A stretch of DNA of 26,329 nt, counting the filler, from an uncultured virus (IMG/VR IMGVR_UViG_2061766007_001600) (taxonomy: Duplodnaviria > Heunggongvirae > Uroviricota > Caudoviricetes). It is 2 parts of one record of this genome, joined end to end, with 100 filler letters (N's around TTAATTAATTAA, not from the genome) between each part and the next. Parts side by side here need not be neighbours in the genome. Positions count along the whole stretch, not along the records: positions 9,821 to 26,329 come from IMGVR_UViG_2061766007_001600; 1 more part is not named here. One strand, written 5' to 3'. Made by a program: the position numbers and the translations under genes. Under the pieces are notes generated by a model. It had not been told where the DNA came from. It saw only the letters and a program-made list of their open reading frames with translations, and did no database searches. Below are positions 17,554-26,329 of the stretch, piece after piece; positions within the stretch are counted from its first letter, which is position 1, and every line of letters starts with the position of its first letter.

Positions 17554-17952
17554 ATGCCGTTTATCGTTCCATGGCAGGGGCATAAGGAATTAAAGATTCT
17601 TCAGCGGAGCACGGTCATATCAAGATCGGGTGCACCTGGGAAGAATAAGACCTTTAAGCCCACAGGAAAAACGATTAAAGGAATGCTCTCACAGATAGGT
17701 CCTACCGAGAGGGAAACCTATAAACAGGACGGTTATGAGGTTTCTCACACCCTGGTTTCATTTGGAGGACCGAGATTAAAGCAGAATGACTTCCTTTACC
17801 TTGAAGAAGAAGACCGGATCTTCAGGGTGGAAACGGATCACAACCACGCAGAGATTGATCATTTCACAGCGTATCGACTGAACGAGAGAAAGGATCTGCA
17901 ATATGGGTCAGAGTCCGTCAGCGCAACTGATGGCAATCAGGGACAAGATTGA
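17554..17952 (+). CDS. head-tail adaptor/closure-like protein
   Basis: GAGGA RBS; about 130 aa, beta-rich; position before the gp10-like gene. Confidence 0.55.
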   Translation: MPFIVPWQGHKELKILQRSTVISRSGAPGKNKTFKPTGKTIKGMLSQIGPTERETYKQDGYEVSHTLVSFGGPRLKQNDFLYLEEEDRIFRVETDHNHAEIDHFTAYRLNERKDLQYGSESVSATDGNQGQD

Positions 17953-18313
17953 CAGAACAATCATCTCAGGAGTCAAGCAGAGAGCGCAAAAAGCTGCAAC
18001 AGAAGCAGAAGACACTGCAAAGGAAGTTGTAACGAACGGAAGCCCTTCAGCACCTGGAAGTCCGCCTGGTGTCAGGTCAGGCGGATACAGATCAGGAATG
18101 AAGGGCGAAAGCAGAGTAACAGGTGAGTCAAGCCGGTCAGTCAGTGTGCAGATACAGGTAAAAAACTCAGTTGCCGTAAGCAATGGTCATCTTCTGAGCG
18201 ACTATTTGGAGCATGGAACAAGCAAAATGGCAGCAAGGCCACACTTCCAGAAGAGCACAGACCAGGCAAGACCGAAGATAAGAGAGATTTTCGAGGCACC
18301 GTACTATGGATGA
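17903..18313 (+). CDS. HK97 gp10-like neck/tail completion protein
   Basis: SAPGSPPGVRSGGYRS and YLEHGTSKMAARPHF motifs. Confidence 0.8.
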   Translation: MGQSPSAQLMAIRDKIDRTIISGVKQRAQKAATEAEDTAKEVVTNGSPSAPGSPPGVRSGGYRSGMKGESRVTGESSRSVSVQIQVKNSVAVSNGHLLSDYLEHGTSKMAARPHFQKSTDQARPKIREIFEAPYYG

Positions 18314-19187
18314 AGTCATTTATGAACACCTGAAAGAACAACATGGTTTGATCAATATTCTGACTTCATATGCCGATGAGCCAGCCATTTTCAACAGGGA
18401 AGCACCAGCTGCTGAAGACGAAGAGTGGGCTGATGGTGCACAGTATCCGAGAATCATCTTTGGTTTGGACATGCAGGAAGACCCAGAGCGGAAGATATCC
18501 GGAACGCTGACGCTCGATGTGTACATATCTACTGATGTTTTCATCGAAGATATCGAGCCGAAGGTGAGGAGCGCACTGGATCAGAAGTTTTTTTCCGACA
18601 CGGAGAACACGATTGCCGTCAACTGGCGGTCGAACAATCCGTTTACTACGCCGGAGGNNNNNNNNNNNNNNNNNNNNNNNNNNNTGACGATGGTGTTTGA
18701 TGTCGTTGCGCTCCCAGATCAGCACCTGACATTCCCCTGTCCGGTAACAGCCCTGGATATGTTTGTAAAGGAAGTATTTCCGGACTTCATTGTGATTGGG
18801 ATGGATGATCTTCCCTCAGTATTCGAGGCTACTGATTCAATCCCGGTTCTCTATGTAAGGTTGAGGGAACTCAAGTCGAGCACGAGACCGAATACATATT
18901 TCACCCAGTGGTATGACGCAACAATGATGGTGCATGTGATTGCACCGGATATCACGGTGAGGGAGAAGCTTGCAAAGATCCTCATTGAAACACTGGGCAG
19001 ACGCAGGGAGCGCATCACAATGCCCGATGGTGCGCCGATGATGATCAGCCAGGTCATCGAGCAGATGGGAGCGGATCAGTTAAAAACAGGGCAGATTACA
19101 ATGACCGGAACTTACGGACTCTTAACACAGTTCGTAAGCACTCCGCTCAATCATATCACTACAACTCTGAAAAAAGAAACGGAGTAA
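18306..19187 (+). CDS. tail terminator-like protein, probably two domains
   Basis: 293 aa; PAIF..YPRIIF..GTLTLDVY in the first half and PVLYVRL..ATMMVHVIA in the second; upstream of the sheath gene. Confidence 0.55.
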   Translation: MDEVIYEHLKEQHGLINILTSYADEPAIFNREAPAAEDEEWADGAQYPRIIFGLDMQEDPERKISGTLTLDVYISTDVFIEDIEPKVRSALDQKFFSDTENTIAVNWRSNNPFTTPEXXXXXXXXXXTMVFDVVALPDQHLTFPCPVTALDMFVKEVFPDFIVIGMDDLPSVFEATDSIPVLYVRLRELKSSTRPNTYFTQWYDATMMVHVIAPDITVREKLAKILIETLGRRRERITMPDGAPMMISQVIEQMGADQLKTGQITMTGTYGLLTQFVSTPLNHITTTLKKETE

Positions 19188-19468
19188 TGGTTATGTCGAA
19201 AAAGACTACGAATAAAGCGGAAGCCGAAGCAGTGAACGCAGAGGTTAAGAATGAGCCTGTAGTACAGGCAAAAGAACCGCAGAAATCTGAAAAGACCGAT
19301 ACGACCCTGTATCCGTTCGAAGACTTCTATGCACACCCTGAGGTGATCGGCTCCACACAGGACATGGTGTGGGCAGCATTCCACCACGAGAGGATCATAG
19401 GGGCTGCAACAAAGGAACAGGCGAAGAAACTGGTTAAGGAATTTGCAGAAAGGAAGGTGGATAGCTGA
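19187..19468 (+). CDS. small hypothetical protein preceding the sheath
   Basis: 93-aa ORF overlapping both neighbours by one base. Confidence 0.65.
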   Translation: MVMSKKTTNKAEAEAVNAEVKNEPVVQAKEPQKSEKTDTTLYPFEDFYAHPEVIGSTQDMVWAAFHHERIIGAATKEQAKKLVKEFAERKVDS

Positions 19469-20834
19469 TGGCTTCTTTATACACTGTCGGCGAGACGAAG
19501 GTAAGACCCGGCGTATATCGCAGATATACAACGGAACGTAATTCAGTGGTCGCCGGTGCTGACGATGGTACAGTTGCTGTTATCCTTCAGGCAGACTGGG
19601 GTCCTCTGGGAGAGGGCAAGGAGATCACGACTGTAACGGAACTTGAGGAGATCTACGGAAAGAGCGATAACGTCAGGAAGACTGCTTACAGAGCACTCCA
19701 GGGTGGCGCAAATGCTCTCAGAGTCATCCGTGTTGGTACAGGCGGTACAGCCGGTACATATGAAGTGAAGAGCACTGCTGAAACTCCGGAACTTCTGGTG
19801 ACTCTGAGCACNNNNNNNNNNNNNNCTACAAGGTGACAATCAAGACCACGCTGGCAGATCCGAACATGAAGGAACTGATTGTGTATGATGGCACAACTCA
19901 GATCGAAAAGGTCACATTTGTTGCTGGGGATGACGAGATCGCAAACATGGTTGAGGCTGTAAACAAGTTCTCTACTGTGTTTACCGCTGTGGCTGCGNNN
20001 NNNNNNNNNNNNNNNNNNNNTCACGGTGGGAGCGAATCCGACCATTACGACAACCGATTATACGACTGCTCTCCAGGTTCTTGAGGCATATCGTTTCAAT
20101 GTACTGTGTGTGGATTCGAACGATACTGCTGTTCATACCATCATCAAAGCTTTCGTTGCCAGAATGAAAGCTGCCGGAGCACTGTTTATCGCTGTTATCG
20201 GTGAACCGAAGTCAGTCACGTTTGATAACAGAATCGCACATGCGGCTGCATGCAATGATGAGTATATCGTTTNNNNNNNNNNNNNNNNNNNNNNNNNNNN
20301 NNNNNNNNNNNNNNNNNNNNNNNNNNNNNNNNNNNNNNNNNGTCTAATGATTCTATTGTACATGCAGAAATTGCCGGAATGACTGATGTTGCTGAGACTC
20401 TTACTGATGCACAGCATATCAAGGCAATCCAGAACGGCTGTGTGATGTTCAGCCAGGCACTCGATGGCACCGTCTGGGCTGAGTCCGGTGTGACTACGCT
20501 TGTAACTCCGTCAATCGACCAGGACGATGGTTGGAAGAAGATCCGCAGAGTCAAAGTCAGACAGGAAGCAATGGATCGTATCGACAGGACGCTCGATCCG
20601 CTGACTGGCAGACTCGACAACGATGACGATGGTGTTGAGAATGTCATCAAGCTTGGGCTGGACGTTCTCGATGCGATGTTCGCAGAGGGCAAGATTCTTG
20701 CCGGGTATTCGTTCATCGAAGATCCTGAAAGACCGCACTTCGGTGACAGTGCATGGTTCCTGATTGCTCTTGACGACATTGATTCTCTCGAAAAGATCTA
20801 TCTGAATTACACGTTCAGATATAGCGCATCATAA
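19468..20834 (+). CDS. contractile tail sheath protein (XkdK-like)
   Basis: GETKVRPGVY, ADWGPLG, DYTTALQVLEAYRFNVLCV, GVTTL..WKKIRRVK, DDIDSLEKIYL. Joined across three gaps. Confidence 0.9.
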
Positions 20835-20848
20835 GGAGGTGGGCCAAA

Positions 20849-21307
20849 ATGGCAAGACAGATTCTTGACACAAGGCAGCTCATGACCGGCAAGGATGGCT
20901 TCATGTATATCAGTTTGCCGGACGGAACAGAAGTATTCATGGCTGCAGTAGACACATTTCAGGTCCAGGTAAGCATTTCCAATTCAGACTATCAGCCTGT
21001 TGGATCAATCGTGAGTTATGCTGTGACGACTGGCGTTTCCTTCACTCTTACTTTTTCTGAGGCGGTCATTTCGGATGAGTATGTTGCACGTCCGATCATT
21101 GATGCTATTGCAGATGGTTGGATTCCAACATTTGACTTCAAGGGTACATGTGAAAGACCCGATGGTCAGAAGCAGAGCATGCTTTTCAAGAAGTGTGTGC
21201 CGGACGGATCAATCGATCTGATGAACCTTCAGCCGGGAGATATCCTGAAGAGGTCATTCTCTTTCCGGATCAACTCTGTACCTTCATATGTGAAGAGTCT
21301 TGTGTAA
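20849..21307 (+). CDS. tail tube protein (XkdM-like)
   Basis: 152 aa after the sheath; MTGKDG..CVPDGSIDLMNLQPGDILKRSFSFRIN. Confidence 0.85.
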   Translation: MARQILDTRQLMTGKDGFMYISLPDGTEVFMAAVDTFQVQVSISNSDYQPVGSIVSYAVTTGVSFTLTFSEAVISDEYVARPIIDAIADGWIPTFDFKGTCERPDGQKQSMLFKKCVPDGSIDLMNLQPGDILKRSFSFRINSVPSYVKSLV

Positions 21308-21387
21308 TGAAAACGAACTATCACTATAAGCGGTTAGAGTCCGTTTGCCGGGCCTCCTGATGGAGTGCCTGGTCTATAAGGAGAAAA

Positions 21388-21833
21388 ATGGAATATACGA
21401 ATAAAAAGNNNNNNNNNNNNNNNNNNGAAATTGATGTGACGGAACTGGTGGATGAGGACGGACTTCCGGAGGATGTCGAGGAAAAGCAGTATGACCTGGT
21501 GCAGTCCCTTCTCAAAGCAGCCGACTACAAGGAAGACAAGCAGAGCAGGCAGACAATTGAGGTGACACGTGATGGTGAATTCCTGTTTAAGTTCACTGTC
21601 AGGCCACTGTCTGAGGACGAACTGCTCAGTATCCGGAAGCTTTCTGCGAAGTATGCGAGAAACCCGGCAGGTAAGAACCTTCCGAAGATCGAAACGGAAG
21701 TGAACTGGCCACAGTTCAAGTCCAGGAAGATCTATGCTGCCACCATCGAGGAAGACCAGCAGAAGATTTGGAACAACCCGGCAATCAAGAACAAGTTCGA
21801 TTTGATTGAGGGGTGGGAAGCGGTAGACATTCT
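21388..21833 (+). CDS. tail assembly chaperone (XkdN-like), 3' end in gap
   Basis: FKFTVRPLSEDE..IYAAT..IWNN; lies between tube and tape measure genes. Confidence 0.75.
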
Positions 21834-22092
21834 NNNNNNNNNNNNNNNNNNNNNNNNNNNNNNNNNNNNNNNNNNNNNNNNNNNNNNNNNNNNNNNNNNN
21901 NNNNNNNNNNNNNNNNNNNNNNNNNNNNNNNNNNNNNNNNNNNNNNNNNNNNNNNNNNNNNNNNNNNNNNNNNNNNNNNNNNNNNNNNNNNNNNNNNNNN
22001 NNNNNNNNNNNNNNNNNATAAAAGCATTAGAAGAAAAGCTGCATGCGCACCTGTAATTGTGCATAAACAGATCCTCATAGGAGACCGAACCG

Positions 22093-25000
22093 ATGGCTGA
22101 AACGATCATTATTGATGTAAAGACAAATTATACAGACAACATGTCCCCGGCTATTGAAGCTGCCGGAAGGGCGNNNNNNNNNNNNNNNNNNNNNNNNNNN
22201 NNNNNNNNNNNNNNNNNNNCACTCGCAGGGAACGGTAAGTTCTTGGCTTCTTTTGATGTCAAAGATAATGCGTCAAAGCAGATGGATAGCATCTTGGCCG
22301 GAGTCAAAAGATTATCCGGTATCAGCACGATTCGGTTTGCCGTAGATATTCTTGATCACGCTACACAGCCACTACAAAACATAATGAGCGCAGCGATGAA
22401 CACTGCTAAGAGCACAGGCAGGATGATATTGCAAAAAGGCTGGGAACGTGTCACGGAACTTGACGCTGCAAAGGCGAAACTATCAGGTCTTGGAAACACA
22501 GCAGCAGACATTCAAGAAATCTCACAAAATGCGTCAGATGCAGTTACTGGTACTGCATACTCACTCAATGAAGCCGTCACCGCCGCAGCATCTGCTGTTG
22601 CTGCCGGAATGAAGCCTGGTGAGCAACTCAAACAGTATCTGACTGATATTGCTGATGTTGCTGGTATTTCTGGCAGATCGATGGGTGAGATCGGTTCGAT
22701 CATGAACTCTGTCGTTACGACAGGTAAAGCACAGAATGATACGCTTCAGAGATTTGCAGAGAGAGGTCTGCCTATATACCAGTGGCTTGCAAAAACGCTT
22801 AGTACGACTGAAGACCAGATTACATCTATGGCAAAGAATGGTGAGATCGGAATTGAACATCTCCAGTCGGCTATTCAGACAAATATCGCTGGTGCCGCCC
22901 AGGAAATGGGTGACAAAACGATTCTCGGTGTCATGGATAATATTCGAGCTGCCTATGCAAAGCTTGGCGAGGCTGTANNNNNNNNNNNNNNNNNNAGCAC
23001 ACTTGCCGGACAGGCACATGAATTCTTGCTTGCTTATAAGACAGACCTGAATACGCTAAAAGGACCAGTCGCAGAGATTGGAAAAACTATTGCTGGCATG
23101 GTTGCTCAGTTCCGTCCACAGGCGATTGAACTGATGGACAAGGCATTTGAAGGACTTAAAGGACGGCTCGATTCTCTGAATTCCGTCATGCAGAGTCCAG
23201 CATTTCAGAATGCAGACCTCTTCGGAAAAATGAAGATCGCATGGGACGAAGTGATCGGAGATCCGTTCAGCGAATGGTGGGAATCTACCGGAGGTCCAGC
23301 GGTAAGTGATTTCTGGGAATCGAAAGTTCAGCCGATGATCGTAAAAGGAGCAGAAAGCCTCGGTGATGGGTTAGGAACAGGATTATCTGCAATTCTCAAA
23401 GGAATATTCAGTTGGAATCAAGGTGATGNNNNNNNNNNNNNNNNNNNNNGGGTTTTTAAAAGGATTTGATGGCTCAGGTGTTGCTGCGGCGATTGCAAAC
23501 TCAATTAAGACAGCAATTTCAGATGTGCTCTCATCATTGTTTACTGGGAAACTCACAGGTAGTTCTTTCCTGAATACATTGTTCCTCGGATATGGTGCAA
23601 TGAAATTAGCACCTTTATTTAGGGGAGCGGCTGGGCTTGGAAAGGGAGNNNNNNNNNNNNNNNNNNNNNNNNNNNNNNNNNNNNNNNNNNNNNNNNNNNN
23701 NNNNNNNNNNNNNNNNNNNNNNNNNNNNNNNNNNNNNNNNNNNNNNNNNNNNNNNNNNNNNNNNNNNNNNNNNNNNNNNNNNNNNNNNNNNNNNNNNNNN
23801 NNNNNNNNNNNCTTCTCGGCTTTGGGTCTGTCGCAGGCGGTGTGATGGGTGGTGTTACTGCTATCTCTGGAATCAAAGATTTGGTTACATCTGTGAAAGA
23901 GACAGATGAAGCAGCAAAGAAAGCAAATCTTGGTTCAGGTATATTGAAACTTGGTGGTGTCGGCGCAGGTGCAGCGATTGGTGGACTTATCGGTAATGTG
24001 CCTGGTGCATTGATAGGAGCAGGCATCGGTGGCTTGATTGGTCTGTTTACAGGGAATTCCATAAAAAGGAACGTTCAGGAAGCGGACAAAGGGCTTGCGA
24101 ATCTTACAAAAGGAACAAAGGCTTATACACAGGCGGCAGATCGTGCGACACAACGCATGTCTACTTTGACATACTCCGCAGAAGACGTTAGTTCGGCTAT
24201 CAAGTCAATATATGGTAATGAAAACGTTTTTGCAAGAGGTAATGCAAACATACAGACAAGTCAGTCGAGGATGGAGCAGGTATCCTCTTCGATAAGTTCA
24301 TTACAGGGAATGCAAGAACAGGTTCANNNNNNNNNNNNNNNNCAGCGAAGCGGATAAGTATGTTTCAACCCTTAAATCAGTGATGGATGACACTATGGAA
24401 TCCGTTATCGAATACTCTACCGGTGAATTCCTTAATTTGCAGTCAGTAATCACCAATAGCGAAGGAGAAGCGAAAGGTGTATTGACCCAGGCAAGAACGG
24501 ATCTTACCTCGAACACTAACAAAGTAAGAGAATCAATCAAGAAAGATCAAGAAGCACTGAATGGATTGATTGAAAGTTACGATAAAGACGAAATATCGTT
24601 TGATGATTTTGTGTCGCAAACAGTCGGATATGTTGATCACATGACTCAGGCAGCACAGGAATACACGAACGTAGGAGCGACACAACAAAAACTAATAAGA
24701 AGCTTAGAGCAAGCAGGGGGTTATAACCCTGAAGAATTGGCTAAAGTTGCGGCAGACTTTAATTCAATTGATCAGGAGACCGCTGAACAAAATAAAGGTG
24801 CATTACGACAGTTGATAGCAACATACGGTCGCCTCTATGGTGCTGGCAGTAGTGAGCAAACGGCTGCTATTGACGCTTCAACAGCATNNNNNNNNNNNNN
24901 NNNNNNNNNNNNNNNNNNNNNNNNNNNNNNTGGCTTTTTGATTGACAGTATGACAGATGGCTTCACCGAAGAAGCGGATGCATACATGGATACAAAGGAC

Positions 25001-26329
25001 TTTATCGGAACTCTGATGTCAAAAAGTGACCGTGGTCAGTTTTCTGAAAACCAAATCGGAAATGATATTGGTATTCGAACTAACACCATGGGCGAAGAAC
25101 TTAGTGCTGACATGTTGGGAGAAATAATCGGCAACCGGATCGGTTTTGGAGACGATAGTGGCTCTGATGAAATTAGTGNNNNNNNNNNNNNNNNNNNNNN
25201 NNNNNNNNNNNNNAGGATTTGTCGAGTCTCTTGAATCAGACATGACGGAATTGCATCAAAACGGTTTGGCAATTCCGGAAAGCATGATGAATAACTATGA
25301 AGAGGCTATAAAACTCCTTGCTCTTGGAGGAGATGAATCAGCAAAGACACAGCATGCAGCAAATGAACTTGCAAAAGCGGCAATGGACGAGAGTTCAAAA
25401 TATCATAGTGAAGCTATTGACATTATCAATTCTATCCTCGATGAGAATAAGCACTATTTCTCAGAGGACTCAGAAGACACTGACAAGTTATTTGCTGAAG
25501 CATTGAAGAATACAAGATATGACACGGAATCCGGACCGGAAGGATATGGGAAGATGTCAGGAAGTCCGCATGGTCTCATGACATTCGAAAAAACTGGAGA
25601 AACAACAGGCAAAGCAGCAGAAAAGCTTGTTGAAGCCGGTGATTGTTGGTGGGGGATTGCAAGAGAGTTCCTGGGTGAAGAGCCAACGATGGAAGACATT
25701 GAAAGATTGCAGGCTCTTAATCCAGAAATAGCAGAAAGGGGTTTGCAACCTGGTGATGTCGTAAAGTTATCCGAAGGAGTTGAAAACGTTGCAAAAGTTG
25801 GTGATGAACTCGTATCGGAAAATGTGTACAAAGGTGGAGGTGAAACTGAGGGCTACGTCTATGGCAGAGGAGTAGGCAAAGGAAGCAAGAGTGGGGAAGT
25901 GACCGTTCAGGAAAGCAGTCGAAAAGGAGCAGAAGCAATCCTGTCTGAATGGAGAGGCAAAGGTCAAGGTCAGGAAAACAAAGGCAGCAACTTCTTCGCT
26001 TCCGCAGTAAACTCCTATGTCGATTGGGCAACAAAACACGCAGGCGACACAGAAACACAGCTTGAAAGAGCAAATAAAGGCGGTGGAGGAGAACTCGACT
26101 GGTGGAACACATATGATTGGAATGCGAAAGAAAAGCGTATCGATGATGCAAGCGGAAGCAGTCATGGTAAGTGGGCCGGAGGAGGTGGCGAAACCTTTCA
26201 TGAGGACACATTTGAATATGAAGGAAGAACACCTGGGTTTGAAAATGGAAGATTAAACTATGGTCGTTTCGGAAATGAACTTCCAAACGCAACAGAGGTA
26301 GATGTTAATAAGATCAATGATTTTCTTGG
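22093..26329 (+). CDS. tape measure protein (3'-partial) containing a LysM domain at ~25623-25769
   Basis: Tape-measure domain (LDAAKAKLSGLG..VTGTAYSL..ERGLPIYQWLA) and Gly-rich hydrophobic stretches; segments between gaps are open through the window end. LysM-like: VEAGDCWWGIAREF..LQALNPEI..LQPGDVVKL. Confidence 0.85.

Noticed and set aside
19468..21307. Tailocin or extracellular contractile injection system instead of a phage
   Set aside because: Capsid, scaffold, protease and neck genes are present, indicating a head-bearing particle.
21834..22056. Programmed frameshift in the tail assembly chaperone
   Set aside because: Expected at this position in many phages, but the relevant sequence is all Ns.
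1641..25213. Many apparent frameshifts or pseudogenes (thyX, scaffold, sheath, tape measure, cargo genes)
   Set aside because: Every frame change I checked coincides with an N run of arbitrary length; I found no break in called sequence.
89..26292. Numerous minus-strand and overlapping ORFs in the track
   Set aside because: They are shadows of well-supported plus-strand genes and lack recognisable motifs; only hicA/hicB are supported on the minus strand.

Overview
This window is the head-and-tail morphogenesis region of a contractile-tailed (myovirus-type) phage or prophage, most likely from a Firmicutes/Clostridia host (GGAG-type RBSs, PBSX XkdF/XkdK/XkdM/XkdN-like genes). It is interrupted by many N gaps whose lengths are not multiples of 3, so most apparent frameshifts are artefacts. 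The right half (11.7-26.3 kb) is a largely conventional structural operon: XkdF-type prohead protease, scaffold, cement protein, major capsid, neck proteins, sheath, tube, chaperone, and a tape measure protein with a LysM domain. The left half (1-13.8 kb) is unusual. It is an array of unrelated enzyme or toxin-like domains: papain-fold Cys-His-Asp, two clear ADP-ribosyltransferases plus ART-like domains, a HExxH-type metallopeptidase, ParB-like, JAB-like and Nudix domains, and a very basic protein. Most start with the same peptide leader, (F-E/D-E/D-I-K/R)-K-[FYNH]-N-x-x-H-x(3-4)-G-[RK]-F, seen 9 times. Four copies punctuate one apparent polyprotein whose modules end in D-[VI]-x-K-S. Similar hydrophobic-x-Lys sites occur in the protease, scaffold and capsid N-terminus, and the protease is fused to a 2H phosphoesterase. 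My inference is a modular, protease-matured capsid-cargo (injected effector / anti-defence) system with small partner genes. Also present are a convergent MazEF + HicAB island, thyX, and a 12-bp motif repeated four times upstream of transcription units.
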